Assembly (NCBI RefSeq): GCF_009914755.1
Contig: NC_060927.1
Length of the DNA: 64,000 nucleotides
Direction: 5' to 3' (one strand)
Source of the DNA: the human T2T-CHM13v2.0 reference genome, Homo sapiens
Shown here: piece by piece, positions 50,050 to 62,659 of the stretch
Layout: every line of letters starts with the position of its first letter
How positions within the stretch are numbered: position 1 is the stretch's first letter
Notes under the pieces: generated by a model
What the model was told of the DNA's origin: nothing
The model's input: the letters and a program-made list of their open reading frames with translations, nothing else
The model's database searches: none
Position numbers and translations under genes: made by a program

Positions 50050-50270
50050 ATATACAGTTTTAGAATGAGATAGACCTAAGTTCAAGTCCAAACTCTAACA
50101 CTTTCTACCTATGTGACCTTGGCAAGTTATTAATCTCTCCAAACCTTTGTTTCTCCATTAATTTAACACGAATAATTCTCTTCTCTACCAAGCTTCAAAA
50201 ATTAAATGATACATGTTAAAAATTGTAACCCTGACCCAGTATATAGTAAATGTTTCATTGTAGTAGTTAT
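50050..50270 (+). mobile_element. MIR SINE fragment
   Basis: MIR core AGACCTAAGTTCAAGTCC...TGTGACCTTGGCAAGTTATTAATCTCTC. Confidence 0.7.
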
Positions 50271-51748
50271 ATATAGTATCATCACATGGATTTTATATTT
50301 CTAATCAGCATTCCTAGGTGTTTCACCTTTTTCATATTTATACTTCTGCTTTTTTAATGCGAAGGGTAATCATCAATATAAAAAGATGTACTAGTGTCAG
50401 TTTGCAAGAATGTATAATTTAACAGATATATTTCACCTCTAAAAGAAATCCAAAACTGCTTGCTGTATTGATGATGAGTTCTAAATTTAGAAATAGTAGC
50501 CAGGGAGAACTAAAATACTCAAAGTAAATAGTATGAAAAATAGTTTATACTAGCATGATCTGCTTCTGACCAAGTCCATGGCATCCTTTATTAAATAATC
50601 ACTTCTCCCTATCACCTTTACTGTACAACATGTCATAACCCTGCAGAAATTAATCTTTTATGTTTGAAAGATAAATTTTTAATGCACAGCTTTTGGCCAA
50701 AAGGTAATAAAATGTGAATCAAATAAGATTATGGAGGAGCTATGCTAATCATGAGAATAACGTTTTTAAAGTAATCTAGAAGCCAGCTAGGGTCACCCTA
50801 CCTGTTAAAATCAAGACAAGAACTAAACCTCATGCCCTAGCAGTGGGAAGTTCAAACCTCTTCAAGATTCCTGCAAATGGCCTGGGAGCCTAGGTTCTTA
50901 TGGTCATCTAGGTCTCCCATTATCTGCTTCTTCAAAAGTAGCTTAATTTATGAATAATTTTACCATGACACTCATATTCTTACCTTTTTCCAATATTGTA
51001 TTGATCCAGACTTAAAACTTGGACTCTTCTCTTGATTTCTCCTGAAGAAAAAAAAAGTGTAGAACTGACTTTACTGAAGCTTTAGAGAGATGGGCAGAAA
51101 AGGAGGTATTTAAGTAGCACAGTAATACAAAAAAAGTTAAAATTGATTATAAGGAAAATCTTCCTAAAGTTCTTGTGTTGACTTTACTACTACAGATTGC
51201 TCACCCTCTGCCATTCTCCAGCTCATGCCCCAGCCTCTACCAATTTTTTAAACACCTCTCTTCTTAGTTCTCTTTCCTCAATCCTTCTTAAAATGCCCCT
51301 ATAATCCAACAATTTTTCTTAGAGTATTTTACTTCTCTATTTACTTAACGTATTTTAGTTCTCTCTGGCTACTATTTCTAAATGTACTGCTAAGTCTACT
51401 TTATATTGGATGAATCCCTAATTGATCTTGAGTTAAACATAACAAACGGCAAGTCTGTTCTCTTGGCAGCATTAAGACTAGTAGAAACCTTAAGGTTTCC
51501 TCTACAATGATCCTCTCTCCTCAAAATTTCTCATTTTAAATAGTGATTTCTTCTCGTTAGGCAAGTATATAAATACATAAATTGGAAGTGAACCAAATAA
51601 ACAAAAAAAGGCTAGGAACAGATAATATTATAATAGAATGATTCTTCAAAAGTTATTAGAATGATCACAGAACGTATTCAATGGAATCCTTCATTGAGAC
51701 TAATGTGGAGAAATGTTTACGCCTTTCCCCAATCTGATATGTTATTTG

Positions 51749-52199
51749 CATAAACCAAGAATTGACTGAGACAGACCTTAATTGATTTAGAGGTTTATTT
51801 TGCCAAGGTTAAGGATACAAGTAGGAAAAATAAATACAAGTTACTGAAGGATCTGTGGCCTGTTTTTCAAAAGAGGGTTTTGAGGACTTTAATATTTAAA
51901 GGAGAAACAGCTGGCAGGAGGAAAAGGAGAGGGGAAAAAAGAATAGAGTGGAGTAGAAGGTGAGGCAAGTGTTACATTCATGTGACGCTTTGATTAGTGC
52001 CCACTGAATCCACATTTTACGTGTGAAAAGAGAGAAAAACTCAACATCTAAAATTTAATATACATAGATAAAGTAAACATGTGAAATTACAGCTATCTAG
52101 CAACAAAAGGAAGGCAGTTTTTGCAGATTCAGCTCCTACGCTTAATTTTCCCTTTGGCATAGTGAGTCTGGGGTCCTGATATTTTATTTTTCTTTCACA
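51749..52199 (-). mobile_element. MER4-group ERV1 solo LTR (MER83/MER84-like)
   Basis: Reverse strand begins TGTGAAAGAAAAATAAAATATCAGGACCCCAGACTCACTATGCCAAAGGGAAAATTAAGC and contains CCTTGGCAAAATAAACCTCTAAAT near its end. Confidence 0.75.
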
Positions 52200-52456
52200 C
52201 TTGAGATGTGGACATTTTATTGGCTTAAGATACATAAATTTGCTTTCAACTTCTGCTTATACCAATACAAAGTCCTGTGACTTTGAACAACCACCACCAC
52301 CTCAAAACCTAATGGAAAAAGAAAAATCAGTTCCAGCTACATTCGTGAGCTGTTATGAGGAGCCAATGAGAGAATAAATGCTTAAGAGCTTTACAAACCT
52401 GGAGACATAATTGAAGTCCTTTCTTTAGCTTTTTAAAATATGGAGACCCATGAAAG

Positions 52457-53828
52457 TGAGAGATGACAGCGTGCTGGCAGCCCTTGCTCTCAGTGCCTCC
52501 TCGGCCTCGGTGCCCACTCCGCCCACGCTTGAGGAGGCCTTCAGCCCGCCGCTGCACTGTGGGAGCCCCTCACTGGGCTGGCGGAAGCCAGAGCCGGCTC
52601 CCTCTACTTGCGGGGAGGTGTAGACGGAGAGGCGCGGGAGGGAACCCGGGCTGCGCGCGGGTGCTCGCGGGCCAGCGCGAGTTCCGGGTGGGCGTGGGCT
52701 TGGCGGCCCGCACTCGGAGCGGCCGGCTGGCCGGCCCTGTGGAGGGTGCGCCGGCTTCCCCAGCAGTGCCGGAGCGCCGGCGCTGCGCTCAAATTCTCGC
52801 CGGGACTTAGCTGCCTCCCCGCGGGGCAGGGCTCGGGTCCTGCAGCCCGCCGTGCCCGAGCCTCCCTCCCGCCGCGGGCTTCTGCGCAGCCAGAGCCTCC
52901 CCTACGGGCACCGCCCCCTGCTCCGTGGCGCCCAGTCCCTTCGACCGCCCAAGGGCTGAGGAGTGCGCATGCACTGCGCGGGACTGGCGGGCACGTCCGC
53001 CTGCGGCCCTGGTGCAGGATCCACTAAGTGAAGCCAGCTGGGCTCCTGAGTCTAGTGGGGACTTGGAGAACCTTTATGACTAGCTAAGGGATTGTAAACA
53101 CACCAAGCAGCACTCTGTGTCTAGCTCAAAGTTTGTAAATGCACCAATCAGCACTCTGTATCTAGCTAATCTAGTTGGGACTTGGAGAACCTTTATATCT
53201 AGCTAAAGGATTGTAAATACATCAATCAGCACTCTGTGTCTAGCTCAAGGTTTGTAAACACACCAGTCAGCACCCTGTGTCTAGTTTAAGGTTTGTAAAT
53301 GCACCAACTCTGTGTCTAGCTAATCTAGTGGGGACTTAGAGAACCTTTATGTCTAGCTCAGGGATTGTTACCACACCAATCAGCACCCTGTCAAAACGGA
53401 CCAATCAGCTCTCTGTAAAACAGACCAATCAGCTCTCTGTAAAATGGACCAATCAGCAAGATGTGAGTGGGGCCAGATAAGGGAATAAAAGCAGGCTGCC
53501 CGCGCCAGCTCTGACAACCCGCTTGGGTCCACTTCCACACTGTGGAAGCTTTGTTCTTTTGCTCTTCGCAATAAATTTTGCTGCTGCTCATTCTTTGGCT
53601 CCACACTGCCTTTATGAGCTGTAACACGTACTGCAAAAGTCTGCAGCTTCACTCCTGAGGCCAGCGAGACCACGAACCCACCAGAAGGAAGAAACTCCGA
53701 ACACATCCAAACATCAGAAGGAACAAACTCCGGATACGCAGCCTTTCAGAACTGTAACAGTCACCAGGAGGGTCCGCGGCTTCCTTCTTTAAGTCAGTGA
53801 AACCAAGAACCCACCAATTCTGGACGCA
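52457..53828 (+). mobile_element. LTR12 (ERV9, LTR12C-like) solo LTR
   Basis: TGAGAGATGACAGCGTGCTGGCAG ... CCACCAATTCTGGACGCA termini, 4-bp TSD AAAG (52453-52456, 53829-53832), GC-rich U3 and tandem enhancer repeats. Confidence 0.96.
53050..53495 (+). promoter_or_regulatory. LTR12 U3 enhancer/promoter repeat array (CCAAT boxes, GATA site, AATAAAA TATA-like box)
   Basis: ~40-bp units TCTAGCT...TTGTAAA..CACCAATCAGCAC, three GACCAATCAGC units at 53399-53457, AGATAA at ~53475 and AATAAAA at ~53484. Confidence 0.8.
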
Positions 53829-54461
53829 AAAGGTACAACAAACTTTTTGAGAGGAACAGAATGGTCAGCTCTAAAAATGTGTACTGGATATATGGCAATT
53901 GCACACTAGTTTTTTGCATCAGGTTAATTCATGTTCAATGCTTCTTGGTACGTGACACAAAAACCAGAATGTAAAGGAAGGTAAATATCAAAGTAGAGTC
54001 AAAGAGAGTGGTGGACAAACAGGATATCAATTATTACATTTACAACAATGTGCATTATTTTTATTCAGCCTAGAATATCCAATACAGTATTCATATAATA
54101 AGCACATTTTCTTTCAATATGTAGAGTTCCAAGAAAAGGCAAGTCACAGACGATTTCTTGATGTGAGTGGGACCAAGGTAGAGAAATTAATTGTATGATT
54201 CTTTGGTTATTACCAAATTGTAATCCAAAGTGTCCATTTTTCACAAAAGGATCACACATACATTTGGTACCAAGTGGTCATGTTAGTTGCCAAGATACGG
54301 TGTTTTGTTTTTTTTTAACCCTAGAGATTATTTGCATGGATAGAGTACCTCTGGATTCCTCCTTTCCTAATTAACCAAGTTGACTGGCCACTTCTCTTTG
54401 TTACCTTTGTTGAAAATATGCGAACACTTTCAGTCAAGACTCATAACCTATGGGCTATTTA

Positions 54462-54756
54462 ATTTTTTTTCTGTTTTTTTTGAGACAGAGTCTCACTTTG
54501 TCACTCAGGTTGGAGTGCAGTGGCTATCTCAGCTCACTGCAACCTCCAGGGTTCAAGCGATCCTCCCTCATCAGCCTCTGGAGTAGCTGGGATTACAGGT
54601 GCAGGCCACTATGCCTGGCTAATTTTTGAATTTTTAGTACAGATAGGGATTCACCATGTTAGCCAGGCTGGTCTCAAACTCCTGGCTTCAAATGATCTGC
54701 CTGCCTCGGCCTCCCAAAGTGCTGGAATTACAGGCGTGAGCCACCACCCCCAACCC
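54462..54756 (-). mobile_element. Alu (Sz/J-like)
   Basis: TGAGACAGAGTCTCACTTTGTC ... CCCAAAGTGCTGGAATTACAGGCGTGAGCCACC. Confidence 0.93.
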
Positions 54757-56749
54757 ATACAATTTTATTAAATTTATTTCACGAGGGATCCACTGAGTCA
54801 CCATCCAAAGTTATCATTTTACTCTCCCAGGTCTATATATTAGTCCCTTTATTTCTATCTAAGTCATTTGAGAGGCACTTCACTGTTTTGACTCCCCTTC
54901 CCATCTCACAGACAAATAAATATGTTCAAAAAAGGAAATGTCAGTGCGCCTATTAAACCACCATCCACTTCCTCTCCAAGGTAGAAATTCACCTACACTT
55001 GTCTGTTGAAAAACCTGAGGGACCTCCCTCAGGCACTGAACAACAGCCTAAGAATAGCCTGTTTTAAAAAATCAGAAAGTCCCTCAGTAATAGCAAGGTA
55101 TAAATCATAAAGATCTCTTAGAGGCTGGCCTCTGGAGGTTAAAAATAAAGTTTTAAGAAGTAGCAACAAAGAGACTATGTTTAGGTTTTTAAATTCTCCT
55201 TGTGCTCTACTTACTTTGCTCAAGATATTTCAAAATGGCAAAACTTTTAATGAACACTGTAGAAGTAGGAACATATTGACTAATGTATGTTTCTGAATGC
55301 CTGCTCCATGTCAGTTCTCATAACAGGCAAGCAAGATTAAGTTAAGGTCGTGGTGATGGCTTTCAAGAAATGTACATCCAGGATAGGGGACAGAAGAAAC
55401 AAACTAACAATTGTGATAGACGGTGAAAACACTGGAAAGCAAAAAGTAGAGACTTCATCTTCTGCCTATCCTAATCCCTTGGGAAGGGTTTAACCCTCCT
55501 CAGTAGCAGAAAAGAATAAAGAATACAATCAAGGCAATGGACTTGATTCTTTCCCTGTTCTTATGTTTTCTCCCATCTAATGATGGCACAAGTTGGAACA
55601 GAAGAGACAATGAAAATTCACAAACATTTAATTTATTTATCCTGGTTATAACAACAGCAGGGAAAAAAAAGAGATCTGCAATATTTCTAAAATTTCCCAG
55701 TGCACACGCTTTATTCAACCATTTACTTAACACGCAAGAAATATTCCTCTTTGACTTATCCTTTGTGCATTGCATAAAACCCTCAAAAATTACTTCTGTA
55801 ATTACATAGAGCTATTCAGAGCATTGCTTTTTCAGCCTCTTATTAGAGTTGTTTGCATTTCGCTTTTCTCAGTATATCACAAAATGAGGAGGACCTAGAA
55901 CAACTAGGAGGGAAACCTATAAATTTCAGCCCCTTTTAGACTCTCTACCGCCTTAGGTTGAATGCAATGGTGCAGTTGGCTCATCTAATGTGTATGGCCA
56001 CAAAATTGTAAGCACTCAATAATCTTACCCATATCATCTTTCTTTCTCCAAATGACCACCAAGAATTCACTGATTTAATATATTGTTTTGATATCAAATG
56101 CAATATGCTTTCTTCCTCTTATATAATAGGTTTCTTTTTTGATCAATTCTACCAATGGTAAGGGACTGTGGGGAGTGAAGGAAAGACATCTACCCCAGTC
56201 CAGAGAGGCTCCCAAAAGAGATGATAGCCAAAATGATTGTGGAAAGATGGGTGGAAGCTAGCTAGTTAAGGAGGAAGAGGAAGGGACATCAGACAGAAAG
56301 ATGACAACAGAGACAAGAAGGATGAGAAACAGTTATTCCTTCAGGAAAGCACAAGTTTAGTAAAAATGGAGTATCTGGAACATGTGATAGAAGGTCAAAA
56401 GAAGAAGATATAAACAAACCTAGAAGCCAGTCAATGAAGAGAACTCAAAACACATGGTTATATTAATCACCATGAAAGCAATGACTATATACTGTTCACT
56501 GCTACAATCCCTAGGACGAGGCACAGCACATGGTAGGACCCATATGTGATGAATGTGTAAATGAATAAATGAACAAATTAACAAATGAATATAGGCTGTC
56601 CTTTATAAATAGCAGTCCTATATGTAACACTTCCAATATAGCAGTTCTATCAAGGGAAATGTGAGAGACAATGATAATGTATATTCATATAAAATACAGC
56701 ACTTTCAATGGTCAAAATGCTTCTCACCTGGGCTGGGTAGGTAGTTAGA

Positions 56750-57155
56750 TCGCAGGTCTACAACATTGGCTGAACACTGAAATCACTTGGGGAGCTTTCA
56801 TAACTCTCAAAGCCCAATATCCAATTAAATCAGAATCTCTGGGGGTGGAATCCAGCATCAGTTTTCAAAGTTTCTAGATGGCTCCATTATGCAGACGCAG
56901 CTGAAAACTCCTGTTGTTTATGCAGCAACATCGTCCAAGGTTTATGCAGCATAAACCTTTATGCAGCATCATCTGTCCAAATCAACAGATGATTTTCTAC
57001 TTTGGTATACATGGAAACCACCTGAAGACTTTTTCTCATAAGCCACATGCCTAACCCCAACTACTGATTCAGTAGGATAAAGAAGGACCCCTACTGTGTG
57101 TCCTGTGAAAAAGCTCACCAGGGGATTCTGATGGATGCCAAAGTTTAAGCACTGT
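56750..57155. mobile_element. Two MER5-like hAT DNA transposon relics (~56750-56913 and ~56985-57155)
   Basis: AATCACTTGGGGAGCTTT, AATTAAATCAGAATCTCTGGGGGTGG and AACCACCTGAAGAC...CTGATTCAGTAGG...GGGGATTCTGATG motifs. Confidence 0.65.
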
Positions 57156-57157
57156 AT

Positions 57158-57607
57158 TTTTTTTATTATTATTATACCTTAAGTTCTGGGGTACATGTGC
57201 ACAACGTGCAGGTTTTTTACATAAGTATACACGTGCCATGGTAGTTTGCTGCACCCATCAATCATTCATCTACATTAGATATTTCTCCTAATGCTATCCC
57301 TCCCCAAGCTCCCCCACACCCCGACAGGCCCTAGTGTGTGATGCCCCACCCCCTCCCTGTGTCTATGTGTTCCCATTGTTCAACTCCCAGTTATGAGTGA
57401 GAACATGCAGTGTTTGATTTTTTGTTCTTGTGTTAGTTTGCTGAGAATGATGGTTTCCAGCTTCATTCATGTCCCTGCAAAGGACATGAACTCATCCGTT
57501 TTTATGGCTGCATAGTATTCCCTGATGTATATGTGCCACATTTTCTTTATCCAGTCTATCATTGATGGGCAATTGGGTTGGTTCCAAGTCTTTGCTATTG
57601 TGAACAG
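57158..57607 (-). mobile_element. 5'-truncated L1PA6/7-like 3' end
   Basis: L1PA 3'UTR and tail. TSD TAAGCACT(G/A)TAT at 57146-57157 and 57608-57619. Confidence 0.93.
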
Positions 57608-57712
57608 TAAGCACTATATCTTTAGAAAAGGGATAGTGAGTCTTGGTCACCTAAAAGCAAAACTTAAAAAAAAAAACTTGCTCTTTTTTTCTTAAGTTTT
57701 CAATCGTTTTGA

Positions 57713-57858
57713 TTTTTTTTTTTCGACTTCTAAGTTCAGGGATACATGTGCAGGATGTGCATGCAGGTTTGTTACATAGGTAAACATGCGCCATGGCGGT
57801 TTAGTGCACAGATTATTCCATCACCCAGGTATTAAGCCCAGCACCCATTAGCCATTCT
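57713..57858 (-). mobile_element. Short L1PA10-13-like 3'UTR fragment
   Basis: AAGTTCAGGGATACATGTGCAGGATGTGC...ATCACCCAGGTATTAAGCCCAGCACCCATTAG. Confidence 0.82.
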
Positions 57859-58712
57859 GCTGTTTCTTTCGTCATGAGCCAGGCACTGTCAGAGGTGCAG
57901 TGATGAAGATAGAAGGTGACAGAAGACAAACGATTAAAAGTATCTCTTCATTCAGAGAAGTAGGTACGCTTATCTATGTATGTGACTTGTTTCCTGGGAA
58001 ACACATCAGGAATTGAAGCCACCTGTTGAGCTTCATGTATAAGCCTAATACTTGATCAGCAACTTGACTATCTATATCTGTGCATAGTGGGTAGTGGTAA
58101 GAAGGGCCTCCAAGTCCTACAGTTAGTGTTCCTGGGCAGTATTATTCACATATTACACATCATCTGTTTCTGCATTGCTGACTGTGAGCATTGTACTTTC
58201 TTTAATTAAACCTCTTGGGTAAAAGGATCTTCCCAAACAGAACAAATTCTGGAATGCTCTGCAGAGGTAAGCACATTAAAGAGAACAAAAATAGGGTCAG
58301 CCAATTATTTGATAAGAAGTGGGAAGCAGGAGCTATCATGTACCTCTCTTAAAAATAGCATGAATCAGGGGAGTTTAAAAAAAATCTTAATAGTCATCTG
58401 CATTGTCTTCTCTATGAGGCAAAATTTTTTTACATTTTTTAAAAGCCTTTGAAGACAATCAATGAGCTTCATTGCAGCACAGAGACAAGACTTTCTCAGA
58501 CTCTCAAAGAAAAGTTAGCATTCATTAGTATTAAACTGAGCATTTTCTCTCATCAAAGTCAGTATGCATTCACTTGTCTTTATAACACTGCACTTATTAG
58601 CTTGTCTACTTCTATTATTAACTAAATGGAAGTGCATACAGATTTAAACATTGTTTTATTTTTACACAATTTGTTCTTAATTTTTCACCTTTTCTCATAG
58701 AAAATGAGTCCG

Positions 58713-59026
58713 GGCCTGGCGTAGTGGCTCACGTCTGTAATCCCAGCAATTTGAGAGGTTAAGGCAGGTGGATCACTTGAGGCCAGGAGTTCAAGACCAT
58801 CCTGGGCAACATGGCAAACCCAGTCTCTACTAAAAATACAAAAAATAGCTGGGTGTGGTGGTGCGTGCTTGTAATTCCCCCTACTCAGGAGGCTGAGGCA
58901 CGAGAATTGCTTGAACCCAGGAGGCGGAGGTTGCAGTGAGCCAAGATCACACCAGTGCACTCCAGCCTGGGTGACAGAGTGACATTCTATCTCAAAAAAA
59001 AAATAAGAGAAGAAAAAGAAAAGAAA
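58713..59026 (+). mobile_element. AluS (Sz-like)
   Basis: Dimeric Alu with a (GAAAA)n tail. TSD AGAAAATGAGTC(C/T)GG. Confidence 0.95.
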
Positions 59027-59655
59027 AGAAAATGAGTCTGGAGTTGAATTGTTCTTATTCATAATAATAATTATTAATGAAATTTACCTTTCACATCTGT
59101 GTATACAATACCATTTAATCAAGTTGTTTTGCCAATTTTAATACAAGTGTTTTCATGCTCAAGACCTGTGAGCCTGTCCCATATTAGAACAATTAATGAG
59201 TTTATGATACCTGTCATTTGCTCACATTTTCTCAGAAGAAAAAAACTGTATCATGCTAACTGCCCTAATATGCTCTTTTATGTACTTCACAGCCCTTCTA
59301 CTTCTAATGTCAGTAATTAATATTTGCCACGTTTAATGAGGATTCATTCAAAGAGGGGCAGCAGCCTTTTCAACCCTAAGAACCCCAGTGAAAGTGGCTA
59401 TAGTTACTGTGCTATAGCAAAGTCATAAACAGGGAAAACAGGAAAGAGGCAAAAAAAAAAAAAAGATGCATACTGAATCTGATAATAAAAAATGCTCAAT
59501 TTAATATTAATGAGTGCCAAATTATTTCCTTTTTAACAATTTGAAAAGAAAGTAATATAAGCAGTAAAAACTACTTATTAATAACAGATTGTCATATTTC
59601 TGTCCTTTACGTGGATTACCTTATTCTTAATCTTTTAACAATCTTATAAGGTAGA

Positions 59656-60034
59656 TGTCTTAGTCCATTTGCAGTGCTATAACAGACTGTCATAGACTGG
59701 GTAATTTATGTAAATAACATATATTTATTCTCCCAGTTCTGGAGGCTGGGAAAGGCAAGATCAAGACACCAGGATCTGATGGCAGCCTTCTCTCTGTGTC
59801 CTCACATAGTGGAAGTCAGAAGGGCAAGACATAAATTCTGTGTCCTCCTATGGCAGAAGAGTGAAAGAGGGAAGACCTACTTACACAAGCTCCTATTATA
59901 TCAGCATTAATCCATTTATGAAGGCAGAACCTCCATGACCTAAACACTTCCCAAAGGCCCCACCTCCCAGCACCGCTGCCCTGGGAATCAAATTTCCAAC
60001 ACATGAATTTGGGGGACACATTCAGATCATAGCA
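59656..60034 (-). mobile_element. MSTD/MLT1A1-like solo LTR inserted in a MIR
   Basis: TGTCTTAGTCCATTTGCAGTGCTATAACAG ... GAATTTGGGGGACACATTCAGATCATAGCA, with MIR-like flanks (AAACGGAGGCGTACAGAGAGTAAGTGGCTTGTCTAAGG). Confidence 0.85.
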
Positions 60035-61299
60035 GTGTTACCTAGGTAACACAGAAAAGAAAACGGAGGCGTACAGAGAGTAAGTGGCTTGTCTAAGGTT
60101 GCACATGATGCAAATGGACAACCTGTAAGTAGAACCAGGGCTAACTCAAAATTTTCATGGTAATATCTTTAAAAATGTTCATGCCACTCATGGGGAGAGG
60201 GGCAGCACCCACTACAGAATGTACCTTCCCATGCCATATCTCATTTTGGAGAAAGTTAGTGCTGTTGCTAATTGCATTGTTCAAATATTGAATTTGTTAA
60301 GTGTTTTCTCTCTGACAAGTGAATTTTGATGTTTAGAAATCAACAAGCAATTGTCCCATATTGAAAGGTTCTGACATTTAACAGTGGAAACTACATTTTC
60401 TCAAAAGCTGACTTCTCTGGACTTACTGAGTGTCTGTAAACATTTGATTATTTTTCTCAATAGGAGTGATTGATCATCAGAAATAAGTTGCAACCATTCT
60501 CAGACATTCATGGACAAGCCCCTTTTAGTTGCCATGGACTATCACAGATACAGATTCTAATCATTTTCTAAACTTAGAGTTGATCTGCTTTTGAAGTGGT
60601 TAGGGGAAAAAAAATACTCAGCATCTGATGGCTAGGCTATATCAGTGGAGAATCAACAAAAGGTTTGCCAGATACCTGCTCTGTAATTTAAAATGTGATA
60701 AATGCCATGGGGAACACAAAGAAATATAAGCAAAGTCCTTCCCTTTGGAAATTTTACAATCTAATTGGTAAAATGAGACATGTATAGATGAAATGATTCA
60801 TAAAGGAGAAAAGTATGTAATAAAATAATTATGTGGAAGAAATAATAGTGTGATGAAGGTGTTAAACAAGCATAGGCGGTATTGTGTATTTCTTCAATTA
60901 TTGAATATTAATTTACTACTTTGGTCAGGTAATACGATATTTCAAAGACTAATTGGATATGAACTCTGTCCTCTAGACTAGAAGTTTATAATATAATTGG
61001 GAAAATAAGTACCTATAAACAAAAATAAAACTGTATTACAAAGCAAAATATAATGTGTCTTAAAATATCCAACATGAAAAATTAGAGAAACTCATCAAAA
61101 AGCTTCTGAAAGAGCTGATTTTGAGGGCTGAGGAGACTTTCAATGGGTGAAAAGTGGGTGGAGAGTTCCAGAACGGAATTATACATGTGAGTCTGCATGT
61201 ATATACATGCATGAATGCATGCATAATTAAAAATTAAGAAAAGGCACAAAAATTTAACTGGTTATTTATGAGTTGGGAAACTATAGGGGCTTGTTTATT

Positions 61300-61795
61300 T
61301 TCTTAACCTGAGTTTTCTCTCAAAAAGCAGTCTGAGACAGGTAGTTATTTTGGGAAGTGATTCTAAGCAACAGAATTGAAGAAGACCCAGTGAGAGTGAA
61401 ACAGAAAAGGAGAGAAAGTCAATGTAAGTGTGCAGTCTTGGCTTGGTCACTGCTGTGGGCACCTAGGCCTCAGTCCTGCTGAGATATTCTGAAAAGCCAT
61501 GTGGAATATGCCTCAGAATTGAACACCTCAGGGACAGGAGACATTTATTCCCTGGCTACTATGCCCATTGATCAAGAGTTACCCCAGGGATGCTAACACC
61601 AGTGCATTTGCAGATTATCCTTATGCAAATACTAGGTGAACTCCCACAGCTTCACAGTTAACAAACAGAGTCAGAAAATTCTGCTGAGGTAAGGTTACAC
61701 TGGCACAAGGCTGGTCACTCCAGGAACAGCTGGGGTAAATTGTGTGCCCAGGGGGTGTGAGGAAGGGTACAAGATATGTCAACTACACCTGTCAG
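61300..61795 (-). mobile_element. Old ERVL-type LTR (LTR41/LTR67-like)
   Basis: AAGCAGTCTGAGACA..GTAGTTATTTTGGGAAGTGATTC and GGTCACTGCTGTGGGCACCTAGGCCTCAGTCCTGCTG motifs. Confidence 0.5.
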
Positions 61796-62659
61796 CAAGC
61801 ATTTCAACAGTAGTTCTCCTCTTCATTTTTATTTTCAAGAACTTGTTAAATAGTAAATTGTCAATTTGTATTGTTACATTTAAGATATCGCCCTATAAAC
61901 AGGTCATTTACATTTTAACAGAAATTAAACCATAAAAAACCTAGGTAGATAAATTAGGTTTATATTGAGATAGTTAAAGAGGAAACTAAAGTGGTTTTTC
62001 TTTTTCTTTCCTCTGAAAGAAAGTTTAGGAAGAAAGAAAACTTACTTTTACTGATAAGTACTAAATGTCATGCCCTGTGCTAGATACTTTGGAATATTTT
62101 CTCTAACTATCAACTCTATGAGAAAAACATTGTAATCTAGATCTGACTTGAGCCTATTTGCACCTCAGAGATTTCAGTTTAGAGGCTTGAAACAGCTCTT
62201 TCACAGCCTATGCAAATCTTAATACACACTCCAAAACTCCTGTGACTCCCAACTCTACTTCAAAACCTTAGCTCCTTCATCTGGGAGTGACATCCTAATA
62301 AGATCTTTTCTTGTAGAGTAGATGCAACTTGTCCCTTTAGTAGTTAACACCAAAAAAATCCAGTCACACTCATGCTTTTGGAAGTTTAGCTTGGGCTTTT
62401 AAAGCTTGAGGAATAACGGAAAGAGATCACACCCGTCACCACCCAGGCTTCCTTCTTCTCTAAGTCGCCTCATACCCTACTCCTTTCCAAAAGCCTGCTC
62501 CACATTCACAACCATCCTGATTGCACACAGCCGGCCTCTGGGGCAGGGAGTGTTGTTTCTGGCTCTGGATGTGGCACTCATGGGGAGCTGCCTGATCCAT
62601 CTTGTCAGCCCTCCTTATCTCCCTAGAGTTGAATAAAGTGACATCGTTTCCACAACACT

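Noticed and set aside
52463-53027. Arg/Pro/Ala-rich ORFs (115-139 aa)
   Set aside because: They result from stop-codon scarcity in the GC-rich LTR12 U3, and I recognise no protein.
53050-53460. Regularly spaced ~40-bp repeats resembling a CRISPR array
   Set aside because: These are tandem LTR12 U3 enhancer units with no unique spacers, no cas genes and a eukaryotic context.
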